DNA from: an uncultured delta proteobacterium
GTDB taxonomy: Bacteria > Desulfobacterota > WTBG01 > CAIYCZ01
Assembly (NCBI GenBank): GCA_963803975.1
Contig: CAWDOY010000049.1
Span: forward strand, 1 to 64,000
Direction of reading: 5' to 3'
DNA length: 64,000 nt
Shown: positions 35,291 to 47,382 of the stretch, piece after piece
Layout: each line of letters opens with the position of its first letter
How positions within the stretch are numbered: the stretch's first letter is position 1
Position numbers and translations under genes: made by a program
The notes under the pieces: model-generated
The model's database searches: none
What the model was told of the DNA's origin: nothing
The model's input: only the letters and a program-made list of their open reading frames with translations

Positions 35291-37370
35291 GCCCCATGGT
35301 GCTGCCTGTTTCCGGTCAGGTATTTCCCAAACCCGTTGGTGCAGCTCTTCCATGCACTGCGGATCGTACAGAAGCTCTTTCTTCTCCTTCACGCTCAGGC
35401 TGCCGGGGCCCATTGCCAGCGCCTTGTCCTGCAGCTCCCTGCGGTGTGCTGCTATTGATGGTGAGACCTTTCTCCCGGTGCGCAGCAGGCAGCGGTGCAG
35501 CAGGTTGACCTGAGGGTCAACCACCGCCCGGACAAATCCCGCCTCATCGGGGAGGGGAAGAACTTTGCGGCGCGCCTGCTGCTGTTCCAGGTCATTGTTC
35601 AGGAACTTCAGCTCTTCGGGTAAATCTGTTTCCTCGGGGATGACAAACAGGCCCAGCCGGCGAAAGGTACGGCCCAGGCTGGCGCGGCTGGACCATACGG
35701 AGAGCGGGATGGAGAGGAGCAGGGGGATAAAAATCGGCGTGTTCCACCAGAAAAAAGACCTGTTTACCAGAAACAGCACTGCTGCCCAGACAAAGGCAAA
35801 CGCTGTCCCGGCTCCGTGCAGCCGCAGTGCTTCACCCCAGGAGGTGCCCAAATCGCTTCGCTGCTGGCCTCCCCATCCGACCTGCTGCCCCATGAGCGTT
35901 ACGAAGACAAACTTACTGTGAAACAGCATGCGGATGGGCGCAAACAGCGTGGAGAAGATAACTTCCACGAGAACGCTTGCCAGCAGCCCCGCGGCGCCGC
36001 CGAATTCGCGCGCCCTGCCCTTGATCAGGATCACCAGCGCGCTCAGCAGCTTGGGCAGGAACAGGATTATCGCGGTGGTGGCAAGAAGTGTCAGCGCCCA
36101 CTGGGGATGCCACACCGGCCATTCAGGGAAGAGGCTGCGGCCCTGCGGGAAGTAGACCGGCTCGCGCACCACCTCATAAATTGCCTCGGCTGTGCTCAGG
36201 CTCAGGAACAGAAACCAGAGCAGAGCCGATACATAGGCCATGGCGCCGTGCAGAAACAGCGCGCGGTGGGCAGGGAACAGCCCCTCGGCAAACAAGAGCC
36301 GCATGTGCTGCATGTTGCCCTGGCACCAGCGCCGGTCGCGCTTCAGCTCTTCAAGCAGCGTCGGCGGCACCTCCTCATAGCTTCCCCCGAGGTCAAACGC
36401 GAGCCATACTTCATAACCGGCCTTTCTCATGAAGGCTGCTTCGACAAAATCGTGGCTCATGATTTCACCGCCCAGGGGCGGCTTTCCCGGCAGCTGGGGC
36501 AGACCGCAGTGCGCCATGAACGGCGCCACGCGCAGGATCGCATTATGGCCCCCAGAAATGGGAGTCACCAAGCTGGGTAAAATGCAGCCCGGCCACAAAC
36601 ATCGGTCCGTACACATGGTTGGAAAACTGCTGCACGCGGGCAATGAGGCTTTCCTTGTTGGCGGCCAGGGGAGAGGTCTGCAGGATGCCCACGCGCGGGT
36701 TCTTCTCCATCATCTGCACCATGCGCACCAGGCTTTGCCCGGCCATCACGCTGTCCGCATCAAAAACAATCATGTAGCGGTAATTGCGGCCCCAGCGGCG
36801 GCAGAAATCAGCGATGTTGCCGCTCTTGCGCTTGATGTTCACCCGGCGGTGCCGGTAAAAAATACGGTCAAACGCGGTCAATTCCTTACACGTCTCGTAC
36901 CAGGCGATTTCTTCAGCCACCCAGAGATCAGGATTGCTGGTATCGCTCAGGATAAAAAAATCAAAGTGGCCCAGCTTGCCGGTCGCTTCCAGGGACTTAT
37001 AGGTCGCCTTCAATCCCGCGCAAACGCGGGCAATATCCTCGTTGCACACCGGGACCAGGATGGCGGTGCGCGTGTCAGGGGCAAATTCAGGGTCATGGTC
37101 CGCCACGCTTCTGGTGATGGTAAATCGGTCATAGCGCCGCAGCAGCGTATAGAGCCCGGCGAGTGACTCCCAGAAGCCGATGGAAATCCAGGCAAACAGG
37201 GCGGCAAAAACAATAACGATGGTAAGTTCCATCGCCGTTGCTCCCTTGTGCGGCAGCACATCAGCCATGTAGGAGCTGGCAATGAGCGTCGTGACAAAAA
37301 TCAGGGCGGTCATGAGAATGCGGCGGCGCTGAGCTGCTTTCTCCCAGGGCTGTTTAGAAACTTTGTTCAT
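35243..37370 (-). CDS. opgH: Periplasmic glucan glucosyltransferase H (frameshift in G-run ~36550)
   Basis: PVCNED, FFILSDT, KRKSGNI.DF, DADS, FWG/GHNAI, SHDFVEAA, RDRRWCQGN; the 3' end is uncertain. Confidence 0.93.
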
Positions 37371-37566
37371 GAATTACCGTGCTGATTAAAATAAACTTTA
37401 AATTTCAAATTTCAAAATCCAAATCAATGTCAAATGACCAAATTCTATAAATCAGCATCATAAAATTCATCGTACTGCTTGCGTACATCTGAAGTTGGGC
37501 TTTAAACTCCGGACCTTGAGCTTTAAACCTTAGACCACAAACCTTAAACTTATAAATAGTATTGTT

Positions 37567-37944
37567 CTATTTCTTCCTCAGAATGCGCTTTTTAAAAAAC
37601 GTCCACCACGGCTGGCGGTCAATCTCAACCGACACCATGGGACCGCGGTTCAGCGGCGGCATGGAAGCAATCTGCATGGTATTCCCGACTGGTAACGCAT
37701 GCAGTGCACGCATGGCGTTCGTGACGGGATGTTCGCAGGAGGGTCTCTGCTCTGCCTGCCTGATGGCTTCCGTGGCAAGTTCAGCTGCCTGCTGCCGGGG
37801 AATCTGGAGCAGCTCAAGGTACAGCATAAGACGATCGTGTGCCAGCTGCCATGCCATGCCGGTATCTGCTTCAGGCCGGTTGCTTCCCGGCTGAGAAGAG
37901 TGCTCGCTGTTTTCTGCTGAAAAGATATCCCCTGGTTTTTGCAT
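37567..37944 (-). CDS. Small protein resembling the N-terminal cytoplasmic segment of long-form OpgH
   Basis: Lies between opgG and opgH; MPPLNRGPM...RQPWWTFF motif. Confidence 0.6.
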   Translation of the reverse strand: MQKPGDIFSAENSEHSSQPGSNRPEADTGMAWQLAHDRLMLYLELLQIPRQQAAELATEAIRQAEQRPSCEHPVTNAMRALHALPVGNTMQIASMPPLNRGPMVSVEIDRQPWWTFFKKRILRKK

Positions 37945-37958
37945 AGTGGTAATTCAGC

Positions 37959-39548
37959 CTAAGGCAGAAAAGTGTAACTCCAGGTTTCTGTTAAGATATT
38001 TTTTCCCTCTTTCAGGTAGGCACGGAGTTCCAGCGGCGGCCGCTTCTGCGACAGCATGAGATCCATACCCTGGTCTTCGGGCTTAATTTGAAAAACAAGC
38101 CGCCAGCCGCCGGTGAACTTGTTTTTATAGACCTGCTGTTCGATGAGCTTTGCTTTGCTGTCAACGCTGACAACCGCGGTAACCGGCAGGTCCGGCGAAA
38201 GCTTTTCCAGCCTGCCGCCGGCAAAATCAACGATGAACTTCTTCGTCTGATCATCTTTGCCTTTGGCGCTGCGCGTGGCAATGACCCGGCCGGCCGGCGG
38301 CCGTGATTTCCCCGGGGAATGCCAGCTCATGGTATAGGAAAATGAAAACGGCTTGCCGAGGTCCGGCAGTTTCTCCGGAACCCAGAAGGTAAAAATATTA
38401 TCATTCAGCTCGCTGCTGGTTGGTATCTGGATAAGTTCAAGATGCCCCTCTCCCCACTTTCCGCGCGGGGTAATCCATGCGCTGGGCTTGCTTTCATAGT
38501 GTGCTTCAAGATCCTGATATGAATTAAAATCTCTATTACGCTGCATGAGCCCAAACCCGACCGGGTCTGACGCTTTAAATGAATTAACAAGAAGTGTGCG
38601 CGGGTTAACCAGCGGGCGCCATAGCCATTCACCACTCTTGAACGCTATCAGCAGGCCGTCCGTATCATGAACTTCCGGCCTGAAATCATCCACCGGCCGC
38701 TGGCTGGTATTCTCCCCGTAAAAAAACATGCTGGTGAGCGGCGCGATACCGAGCTTCTGAACATTCTTCCGTCTGAAAACCGTTCCCATGACATCTATTG
38801 CTGTTTCTTTCCCGGGCTTGAAAACAAATTGATACGCGCCGGTCACGCTGGGACTGTCAAGGAGCGCATAGACGGTAATCCGGGGAGACTCTTCAATGGG
38901 TTTCACGATCCAGAATTCCCTGAAGTAAAGGAATTCTTCACCGGTGCTGAGTGCCGTATCAAGAGCAAGCCCGCGTGCTGAGAGGCCATAGTTCTGATTT
39001 TTAGCCACTACGCGGAAGTTGCTGGCACCGAGAAACACGGCAACCTCATCATAATATTTTCTGGTATTAAGCTGGCAATGCAGCCTGAACCCGGCAAAGC
39101 CGAGGCTGGCAGGCACCTTGTCCTTGAAACTGTTTTTACCGTAGTCAAACAGGTCGCGGGAAAAAGCTACCGGCTTCACGTCTCCGAAATCAACAATATT
39201 AATTTTCACCAGCCGGTCATAATAGAGCCCCGGATGAAAGAACTGCACCTGAAAGGGAAGCCCCTCCGTGCGCCACAGCGCCTGTTCCGGTTTGAAACGT
39301 ATATCGCGCCATGAATCATAATCAAGCTTCAGGAGGAAATCCGGCACCTGCCCGGCCGGGTTCTGGTATGGCTGCGCGGCAAGCTGTCCGGCTTTATCAA
39401 TGACCTTTTGATAGGAAAATAAATCCGCTGCTTCTGCACGGGGTATCAGGATGCATACTAAAAGAGCTGCCAGGCTCCATAACTGCAAACCTCGCCGCGA
39501 ATACCAATGTAAAAAACCGCCAGCATAATCCATACAACCATTCTCCAT
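37959..39548 (-). CDS. opgG: Periplasmic glucan biosynthesis protein G/D
   Basis: RDIRF, GFAGFR, FLGAS.FR, YGLSARGLA.DT, APLTSMF, RPEVHD.DGL, TETWSY. Confidence 0.95.
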   Translation of the reverse strand: MENGCMDYAGGFLHWYSRRGLQLWSLAALLVCILIPRAEAADLFSYQKVIDKAGQLAAQPYQNPAGQVPDFLLKLDYDSWRDIRFKPEQALWRTEGLPFQVQFFHPGLYYDRLVKINIVDFGDVKPVAFSRDLFDYGKNSFKDKVPASLGFAGFRLHCQLNTRKYYDEVAVFLGASNFRVVAKNQNYGLSARGLALDTALSTGEEFLYFREFWIVKPIEESPRITVYALLDSPSVTGAYQFVFKPGKETAIDVMGTVFRRKNVQKLGIAPLTSMFFYGENTSQRPVDDFRPEVHDTDGLLIAFKSGEWLWRPLVNPRTLLVNSFKASDPVGFGLMQRNRDFNSYQDLEAHYESKPSAWITPRGKWGEGHLELIQIPTSSELNDNIFTFWVPEKLPDLGKPFSFSYTMSWHSPGKSRPPAGRVIATRSAKGKDDQTKKFIVDFAGGRLEKLSPDLPVTAVVSVDSKAKLIEQQVYKNKFTGGWRLVFQIKPEDQGMDLMLSQKRPPLELRAYLKEGKNILTETWSYTFLP

Positions 39549-39808
39549 CAGTGTTTAACAACCAAAGAATAAATACACGCAACTGCAACGCAATTTATAA
39601 CATTTATCTTAAATCTCTCCGGCAGTCAAGATGCTTGGATACCAGGACTTTCCCCAAAAAATAGTATGAATTATTAATGCGTTTATGCCGATAGGTACGC
39701 TTGTGCATGGGAAGGCATCAATGCGTACCATGTTTTTTATGTATTTTAAAACAGCTTTTATGTTTCAGATTACTTTTTTACTGCGACGTTATCAGTAACG
39801 GAGGTTAT

Positions 39809-42800
39809 ATGTCTCAGCCTTTAAAAGCAGCCGCTGCTTCTTTCAGCATCAGACCGTACATGATTGTTGCGGTCGTGGTGTGGACATTGTATATCGGGGC
39901 AACCACTATTTTTGCGCTGGTGCAGTCGCAGCGGACAATGACAGAGCTTGCCGTCAGTCAGGCCAGAATATCATTTGCCAAGGATGTTCTGTATCGGCGC
40001 TGGGTAGCAGGGCATGGCGGTGTTTATGTACCGGCAACTGATACGACCCCGCCGAACCCGTATCTCTCCCATATGCCGGAGCGGGACATCACAACGCCAT
40101 CCGGACGCCGGTTGACGCTCATCAATTCATCCTATATGACCCGTCAGGTTCAGGAGCAGGGCAGAGAAGACTTCGGCGGCGGGGAGCACATTGCCAGCCT
40201 CAAGCCCATCAACCCCATAAATGCGCCTGATCCATGGGAAGCGAGCGCCCTTAAAGCATTCGAGCAAGGCGCCGGGGAAGTCTTTTCTGTTGCTACCCTT
40301 GAAGGCAAAGCCATATCTGCGCTTCATGCGCCCCTTTGTCACCGAGAAAAGCTGTCTGAAGTGTCATGCAGTACAGGGTTATAAAGAAGGGGATATCCGC
40401 GGCGGCATCAGCATCTCACAGCCGTTGGGCGAGCTGATGGCCATGACAAAGAAAAACAACCTGATGATGTCTCTGATGCAGTGTCTGTTGTGGCTGCTCG
40501 GCATCGGCGGAATCGGTCTTACCTGTCACACTGATTCAAAACACGAATCATCGAGAACAGGCGTACCGAAACTGAAGCCAGAGAGGCCAAAGAGTTTCTG
40601 GAGAATGTGTTCAGGACTTCCGGTGATGGAATCATAGTGATCCGATGCTCGGGGATATGTTCAGAAAATCCGAACGATACGGCAATGAAGATGTTTGGCT
40701 ATACCGCGCAGGAACTGACCGGGATGCACATGGCAGAGCTTTCGCCTGAACAGGTTTACTCTTGGAGACAGCCAGCAATTCCTGGATACGGCTGCTGAAG
40801 GAAGGATTTATTGAAAACTATGACGTTGAATACAAACGAAAAGACGGGACTGTTTTTTCAGCAGAATCAAATATAAGCATTCTGAAAGATACACGAAGGT
40901 AATTTACTCGGCGCGATATCATCACCCGCAGATCATAACCGAACGCAAACGGTATGAATCTGAACTGCAGGAAGCAAAAGAACAGCTGGATAAATTTCTG
41001 GAAAACTCCATTGACCCAATTATTATGGCTGATGGCACAGGACATGTCGTCAACCCGAACAAAGCATTTCTTGACATGATTGGGTATGCAGAAGAGGAGG
41101 TCCTGGGGAAGCCATTGTATACACTGTCTGTTACTGAAACAGGGGTCTATGAATCTACTGCCGGGGAACAAGTCACGATTAGCGATGATTTTTTCAAAGA
41201 GAATATAACCTGGATTGAACAGCTTATCGAAACGGGGAAAATATCCGGCTGGCAATCCTATTATATGCATAAATCTCATAAGGTTGTGCCGATCACACAA
41301 AATCTTATAGTGATTTGTAACGATCGCGGCGAGTCAATTGGTTCATTCTCTATAATACGGGACTTAACAGAACAGCGGAAGGCAGAAGCTGAACTGCGGG
41401 TGAGCGAGGAACGCTTCAGGGCAATTGCCGAGTCATCGCTCGATGCGATTATAACCGCCGACACCGAGAGCAGAATAACGTTCTGTAATCCGGCGGCGGA
41501 AAGGATGTTTGGCTACAGCGCAGAAGAGCTTATCGGGCAGCCGGGTAACATGCTGGTAGCTGAGCGCTTCAGAGATCAGGACAGAGCCGGCTATCAGCAT
41601 GTTGTGCAAGAAAATATGTCTCGCCTGGCCGGCAAGCCGGTCGAGGCCTGCGGGCTGAAAAAAGACCGGCAGGAATTTCCGGTGGAAATTTCGGTAACAA
41701 CCTATACCATTGATGACAAGGATATACTTTACCTCTACTATTCATGATCTTTCCGAGCGTAAAAAACTTGAAGAGCAGATTCGCCAGAGCCAGAAAATGG
41801 AAGCAATCGGCACGCTTGCCGGCGGCATTGCCCATGACTTCAACAATATCCTGGCAGCGATCATCGGCTTCACCGAGATGTCTGCACAAAAACTGGAAGA
41901 AAATACCCCCCTTAAACACAATCTGGAGCAGGTGCTCAAGTCCTCATACCGGGCGCGTGACCTGGTAAAACAGATACTTACCTTCAGCAGGAAAAGCTTC
42001 GAGGAGCGCAAGCCGGTTGAAATCAGCCCCATTATCAAGGAAGCACTGAAACTGCTGCGCGCTTCTATCCCGACGACGATAGACATACAGGTGAATATAG
42101 ACAGCCATGCCGGGATGGTCAATGCAGACCCGACTCAAATCCACCAGATATTAATGAATCTGTGCACCAATGCAGCCCATGCAATGAGGGATACGGGAGG
42201 CGTGCTTGCAATCGGGCTGTCCCCGGTTTTGCTTGATGCCCGCGAGATCACGTCATATCATGAACTGCAGCCGGGCGCATACCTGCAATTAACAATACGT
42301 GACACCGGCGCAGGCATTGACCCCGCTATCATGGACCGTATTTTTGAACCGTTTTTTACCACCAAGGAAGTCGGGCAGGGCACCGGCATGGGGCTTGCCG
42401 TGGTGCACGGGATAGTGAAAAGCCATGAAGGAGCAATAACCGTTAACAGCAAACCGGGCAAAGGAACCACGTTTCATATACTGCTGCCGAAGGTTGAAGA
42501 TAAAAAAGAAGAGACAAAAGACAAAATAACCAGCCATTCCAAAAGGCTACTGAATGCATTCTGTATGTTGATGATGAAGCGGCGCTGGTTGATCTGGGGC
42601 AGGAGATGCTTGAGTCGCTGGGCTATAGAGTTACCGCAAAAAATAACAGCGTGGAAGCGCTTGCAGCATTTAAAACCGACCCGCATGGCTTTGATATTAT
42701 TATCACTGACCAGACCATGCCGGCCATGACCGGGTTTGATCTGACAAAACAGATTATGCATATCCGGCCGGACATCCCGGTAATCCTCTGCACCGGGCAC

Positions 42801-42923
42801 AGCGACCAGGTAACGCAGGAGATGGCACGGGATGCGGGAATCAGGGAATTTGTCATGAAGCCGATGACCATCCAGACACTGGCAGAAACCGTGCGCAGCG
42901 CGCTGGACAGCCGGCCGTCGTGA
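39809..42923 (+). CDS. Hybrid histidine kinase: periplasmic heme-c (DUF3365/Tll0287-like) sensor, PAS domains, HisKA, HATPase, receiver (several frameshifts)
   Basis: HGGVYVP, SLKPINP.N.PD.WE, CLKCH, GDIRGGIS; GGIAHDFNNIL; EPFFTTK..G.GTG.GL; TDQTMP; RBS GGAGG. Confidence 0.88.
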
Positions 42924-42949
42924 TGTGCTGCCTGCCGGTTTTTATTTAG

Positions 42950-43099
42950 CAGGTTGTTGAAAAGTAGTTTTTCCCAGGCTGGTCAAAAACATCCAGATGT
43001 AAGGCGCGCGAAATCGTGAGGAATGAGGCGTACTTTCCAGTACGCTGCAATGACGAAGGAGGAGCACAACGAAGCAGATGGGTGTTTTTCAACAGCCTG
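42950..43099. mobile_element. IS5-like MITE, copy B
   Basis: TIRs CAGGTTGTTGAAAAA and TTTTTCAACAGCCTG with exact 4-bp direct repeat TTAG (42946-42949, 43100-43103). Confidence 0.9.
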
Positions 43100-44222
43100 T
43101 TAGACAAACAGCAGCGGCAGTCGGTCCGCCACCAGAAAACCTTTTTTCGTCGGCACAACCCGCGCGCCTATAATCTTCACGTATTCATCTTTCAGTAATT
43201 GCGGCAGCACCGTGTCAGTGACTATGGCTGCTGCGTACCCGCGCAAGATCAATTCCGTCCCGTGTTCTCAGCCCCAGATAGAGAGATTCAAGCGCGAACT
43301 GCTCTGCTGATAACTGTTCCGAGCCCTCGACCGGCGCCCTGCCCTCTTCAAGCGACGCGCAATATTTTTTTATTGACCGGACATTCCACCATCGCTTCCC
43401 GTCCTGAAATGAATGGGCGGAAGGCCCGAGGCCCAGATACGGTACATGCTGCCAGTATTTCTGATTGTGGCGGGAGCGATTTTCTTCTCCGCGGGCAAAA
43501 TTTGAAATTTCATAGTGCAGGTAGCCGTTCTCTTCAAGGAACCGGGCCGTGGTTAAAAATAAATTCTCACTCTCTTCCTCTTCGGGAAGCCGCATAAGCC
43601 CCTCCTCTTGCATCTCCCCGAACGCCGTGCCCTCTGCCACGGTCAGCTGATAGCAGGAAATGTGTTCCGGCTGAAACGAGACCGCCTGTTTGAGCGTTGC
43701 CCGCCAGGCAGCCATAGTCTGGCCGGGGATGCCGTAGATAAGGTCAATGCCGGTACTGGTAAAGCCGCTTGCGCGAATCAATGCGAGCGCTGCTGCTGCC
43801 TCCTCTACCGTATGCCTGCGCCTCAGAAATGCTACATCCTGTTCATCAAAGGACTGCACGCCGAGGCTTACGCGATTCACGCCCAGCGCACGAAGAACGG
43901 ACAGCTTCTCTCTCGTTATATCATTGGGGTTAGCCTCGATGGTAATCTCCGCATCAGGCGCAAAACAAAATGTTTTAAAAAGATATTCAATAAGCGAGGT
44001 AAGCTCAGCCTCGTCAAGAACAGTAGGCGTTCCCCCGCCCAGATACAGGGTATCAAATGAGGAAAATTGGTCCCGGTACAGCAGCGCTTCTTTTTTAACA
44101 GCCTGCAGCCATTCCGGAATCAGCGACGTCGAAGTTTCCGAATAAAAATCGCAATAGGGACATTTGGTCTTGCAGAAGGGAATGTGAATATAGAGGCCGG
44201 GAAGCTGCTGCTGGTCACTCAT
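43100..44222 (-). CDS. hemW: Radical SAM heme chaperone HemW (frameshift ~43220)
   Basis: [33 protein letters not shown]; the shifted tail ...[19 protein letters not shown] ends at 43100. Confidence 0.92.
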
Positions 44223-46011
44223 TGTCAGATTTGAGCACGGCGATAAACGCGCTCTGGGGGATCTCCACCGCGCCCACCATCTTCATGCGCTTCTTGCCCA
44301 TCTTCTGCTTTTCCAGAAGCTTGCGCTTGCGGGTGATGTCGCCGCCATAGCATTTTGCCGTAACGTCTTTGCGGAAGGGTGTGATGGTTGAGCGGGCGAT
44401 AATCTGTCCGCCGATGGCGCCCTGGATGGCAATCTTAAAGAGCTGCCGGTGAATTTCCTCTTTCAGCCGATCGCAGATCTGCACCGCGCGCAGCCGCGCC
44501 CGGTCACGATGGACCATAAGCGACAGGGCATCCACCTTTTCACCATTTACCAGGATATCAAGCTTCACCAGTTCACTTTCCCGGTAGCCGATAAGCTCAT
44601 AGTCAAACGAGCCATACCCTTGCGTGACGGTCTTCAGCCTGTCGTAGAAGTCATAGATAATTTCCGCAAGCGGCATCTCGCAGGTAATCTCGATGCGCTT
44701 GGTAGTAGGATAGTGGAACCGGGTATTAACCCCGCGCCGCTCAAGGCACAGGGTCATCACCGCGCCCATGGAGCGCTCGGGGATGAGGATGCTTACCTTC
44801 ACGAACGGCTCGTAAGACTTTTCTATGGAGGCCGGGTCGGGGTAATACTGCGGATTATCAATGGTGACGTTTTCTCCGCTTCTGAGCAGGAACTGGTACT
44901 GAACGCTCGGCACGGTCATGATGATGGACTGGCCGTACTCCCGCTCCAGCCGCTCCTGCACAACTTCAAGGTGGAGCAGGCCCAGAAAGCCGCAGCGGAA
45001 GCCATGCCCGAGTGCGGCCGATGAGTCCTTCTGATAGGTGAGGGCTGCATCGTTTAATTTATACTTCTCCAAAGCCTCGGTGAGCGACTGATAATCATCA
45101 GCGGCAATAGGATAGAGGGAGGAGAAAACCATGGGTTTCACTTCCTTGAAGCCGGCAAGAGCCGCAACAGCCACATGGTCATCGCGCGTTATGGTATCCC
45201 CGATCCGGGTATCGCTTACGGTCTTGATGCCGGCAATAATATATCCCACCTCTCCGGCATTCAGCTCTTTCTGCGGCACGCGGATGAGGCGGAAAAAGCC
45301 GACCTCTTCGACCTTATGGGTTGCCCCGTTTGACATCAGCCGGATGGTGTCACCGGGCTTTACGCTGCCGTCAAAAACCCTGCAGCTTACAACCGTTCCC
45401 CGGAAAACGTCGTAGTGGGCATCAAATATGAGAGCAGCGAGCGGCCCTTCAGGGCTTCCCTTCGGCGGCGGTATGCGCTTGGTGATGGCCTCAAGGATAT
45501 CTTCTATCCCCGTTCCCTCTTTTGCCGAGCAGAGCAGCGCCTCCTCTGCATCAAGGCCAAGCTCTGCTTCTATCTCCTCCTTCACCCGGTCAATATCTGC
45601 CGAGGGAAGGTCTATTTTATTAATCACCGGAATAATCTCAAGGTTGTGCTCCAGCGCTGCATAGAGGTTGGCGACCGTCTGCGCCTCCACCCCCTGGGCA
45701 GCATCCACCAGCAGCAGCACGCCCTCGCACGAAGCCAAAGCCCGGGATACCTCGTAGGAAAAATCCACATGCCCCGGGGTATCAATCAGATTAAGCTCAA
45801 ATGTTTCTCCGCTTCTGCTGGTATAGGGCAGGCTCACGGTCTGGCTTTTGATGGTGATGCCCCGCTCCCGCTCAATATCCATGGTGTCGAGAATCTGGTC
45901 GCGGAACTGCCGCGCGTCAACCAGCCCCGCGTACTGAATCAGGCGGTCGGCAAGCGTTGACTTGCCGTGATCGATGTGGGCGATAATGCTGAAGTTGCGT
46001 ATAGAAATCAT
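44215..46011 (-). CDS. lepA: Elongation factor 4
   Basis: [35 protein letters not shown]. Confidence 0.98.
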   Translation of the reverse strand: MISIRNFSIIAHIDHGKSTLADRLIQYAGLVDARQFRDQILDTMDIERERGITIKSQTVSLPYTSRSGETFELNLIDTPGHVDFSYEVSRALASCEGVLLLVDAAQGVEAQTVANLYAALEHNLEIIPVINKIDLPSADIDRVKEEIEAELGLDAEEALLCSAKEGTGIEDILEAITKRIPPPKGSPEGPLAALIFDAHYDVFRGTVVSCRVFDGSVKPGDTIRLMSNGATHKVEEVGFFRLIRVPQKELNAGEVGYIIAGIKTVSDTRIGDTITRDDHVAVAALAGFKEVKPMVFSSLYPIAADDYQSLTEALEKYKLNDAALTYQKDSSAALGHGFRCGFLGLLHLEVVQERLEREYGQSIIMTVPSVQYQFLLRSGENVTIDNPQYYPDPASIEKSYEPFVKVSILIPERSMGAVMTLCLERRGVNTRFHYPTTKRIEITCEMPLAEIIYDFYDRLKTVTQGYGSFDYELIGYRESELVKLDILVNGEKVDALSLMVHRDRARLRAVQICDRLKEEIHRQLFKIAIQGAIGGQIIARSTITPFRKDVTAKCYGGDITRKRKLLEKQKMGKKRMKMVGAVEIPQSAFIAVLKSDNE

Positions 46012-46043
46012 AGGTTTGTATTATAGCACACTGCCGACACTAA

Positions 46044-46195
46044 CAGGTTGTTAAAAAAGTTGTTTTTCCCGGGCTGGTCAAAAATGCACAGATGCAAGGC
46101 TCCCGAAATCCTCCGGAAGTGAGGCGTACTTCCAAGGTACGCCGCAACGACGAAGAAGAGGGAAACGCCGCAGATGGGCGTTTTTCAACAGCCTT
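46044..46195. mobile_element. IS5-like MITE, copy C
   Basis: CAGGTTGTTAAAAAA...TTTTTCAACAGCCTT with exact direct repeat CTAA (46040-46043, 46196-46199). Confidence 0.88.
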
Positions 46196-46259
46196 CTAAA
46201 GAAAAGAGGGAGCGCGCGGTTAGCGTTCCCTCCGGTATCTGTATCGCAATCAATTGTCG

Positions 46260-47336
46260 TTATTTTTTTGCAACAGGGGCCATCCCGTCAGCATACACAA
46301 TTTTTGCTTTAGATTTGAGCTCTGCGAGATAGCGCTCTGCTTCTTCCTGCATTCTTTGCTGCTTTATGGTATCTGCGATGGCGCCCTTAACTTCATCCAG
46401 AGGCTTGGTCTTGGGCTGACTGTGCTCAAGCACCTGGATAATATGATAGCCAAACGGGGTCTCGACAATGGGGCCGATCGCCTTCACCTCCTGTTTAAAC
46501 GCTGCATCCTCAAAAGGCTTCACCATCTGCCCGCGCTGTACGGTGCCGAGGTCACCACCCTGCTCTTTACTGGGGCAGTCGGAATTTGTTTTAGCTATCT
46601 TGGCGAAATCCGCTCCGCCAGTGAGCTGCTTGCGTATGTTTTCAGCCTTGGCCATCTTTTCATCCTTTGTCTTTTTATCATCCTTCTCCTCGGTCTTGAC
46701 CAGGACATGACGGGCATGCACGGTTTCAGGGACCTCAAACTGCTTTTTGTTGCTGTCGTAGTAATCCTTTATCTCTTTGTCCGCGGGAGCTTTTTTGTCT
46801 TTTTGCTGTGCTTCAATGGTTTTGGTGAGACGCAGGCCGAGCGCCACCTCCTCATTGAGTTTCTCCTGGGTGATGCCGCTACTTTTCAGGGCCTCATCCA
46901 TAGTAACTCCCTGCGGCAGATTGCTCTTGATTTTGTCAATGGCAGTTTTTATCTCTGCCTCACTTACCGTAATCTTTGCCTGGTCTGCTGCTTCTACCAG
47001 AAGGGTGCGGGTGACAAAATCATCAACGCTTTCTTTCAGCATTTTTTCCCTGATCTGGACGAGCTGTGCTTCCGGGACCTGCCCCAGGAGGCTTGCCAGC
47101 TTGCCGCTGATTTCTTTATCAGCATCGGCCTGGGTAAATTTCCTGCCGTTGACCTCTGCCAGCACTTTTGACGGCTCTGCCTTCGGTGCGGCGGCGCTTT
47201 TCTGCTCAGCGCCCAGTTCTGTCTGCGCCGTGCCGGCGGTATCGCTCTTGCCGCAGCCAGTGATAATAAAAAGTGCTGCGCAGATCAGCATACTAAGCGT
47301 CAGCAGGTTTTCAGCTTTAGTGAAATATTTTTTCAT
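46260..47336 (-). CDS. Parvulin-type peptidyl-prolyl isomerase lipoprotein (PrsA/SurA-like)
   Basis: Lipobox ITGC; ARHVLV, SDCPSK..GGDLG, MVKPFEDAAF, TPFGYHII. Confidence 0.92.
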   Translation of the reverse strand: MKKYFTKAENLLTLSMLICAALFIITGCGKSDTAGTAQTELGAEQKSAAAPKAEPSKVLAEVNGRKFTQADADKEISGKLASLLGQVPEAQLVQIREKMLKESVDDFVTRTLLVEAADQAKITVSEAEIKTAIDKIKSNLPQGVTMDEALKSSGITQEKLNEEVALGLRLTKTIEAQQKDKKAPADKEIKDYYDSNKKQFEVPETVHARHVLVKTEEKDDKKTKDEKMAKAENIRKQLTGGADFAKIAKTNSDCPSKEQGGDLGTVQRGQMVKPFEDAAFKQEVKAIGPIVETPFGYHIIQVLEHSQPKTKPLDEVKGAIADTIKQQRMQEEAERYLAELKSKAKIVYADGMAPVAKK

Positions 47337-47382
47337 TCTTTTCCCCTTAATAAAATTAATATTAATTATTCTCAAGCCTTAA

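Noticed and set aside
42946..43198. Short ORFs overlapping the MITE (also 33858-34160)
   Set aside because: Translations of repeat DNA rather than independent genes
4373..43220. Selenocysteine read-through or programmed frameshifting as the cause of the split genes
   Set aside because: The breaks examined are frame changes rather than in-frame TGA at Cys positions, and they affect many unrelated families; sequencing error is simpler
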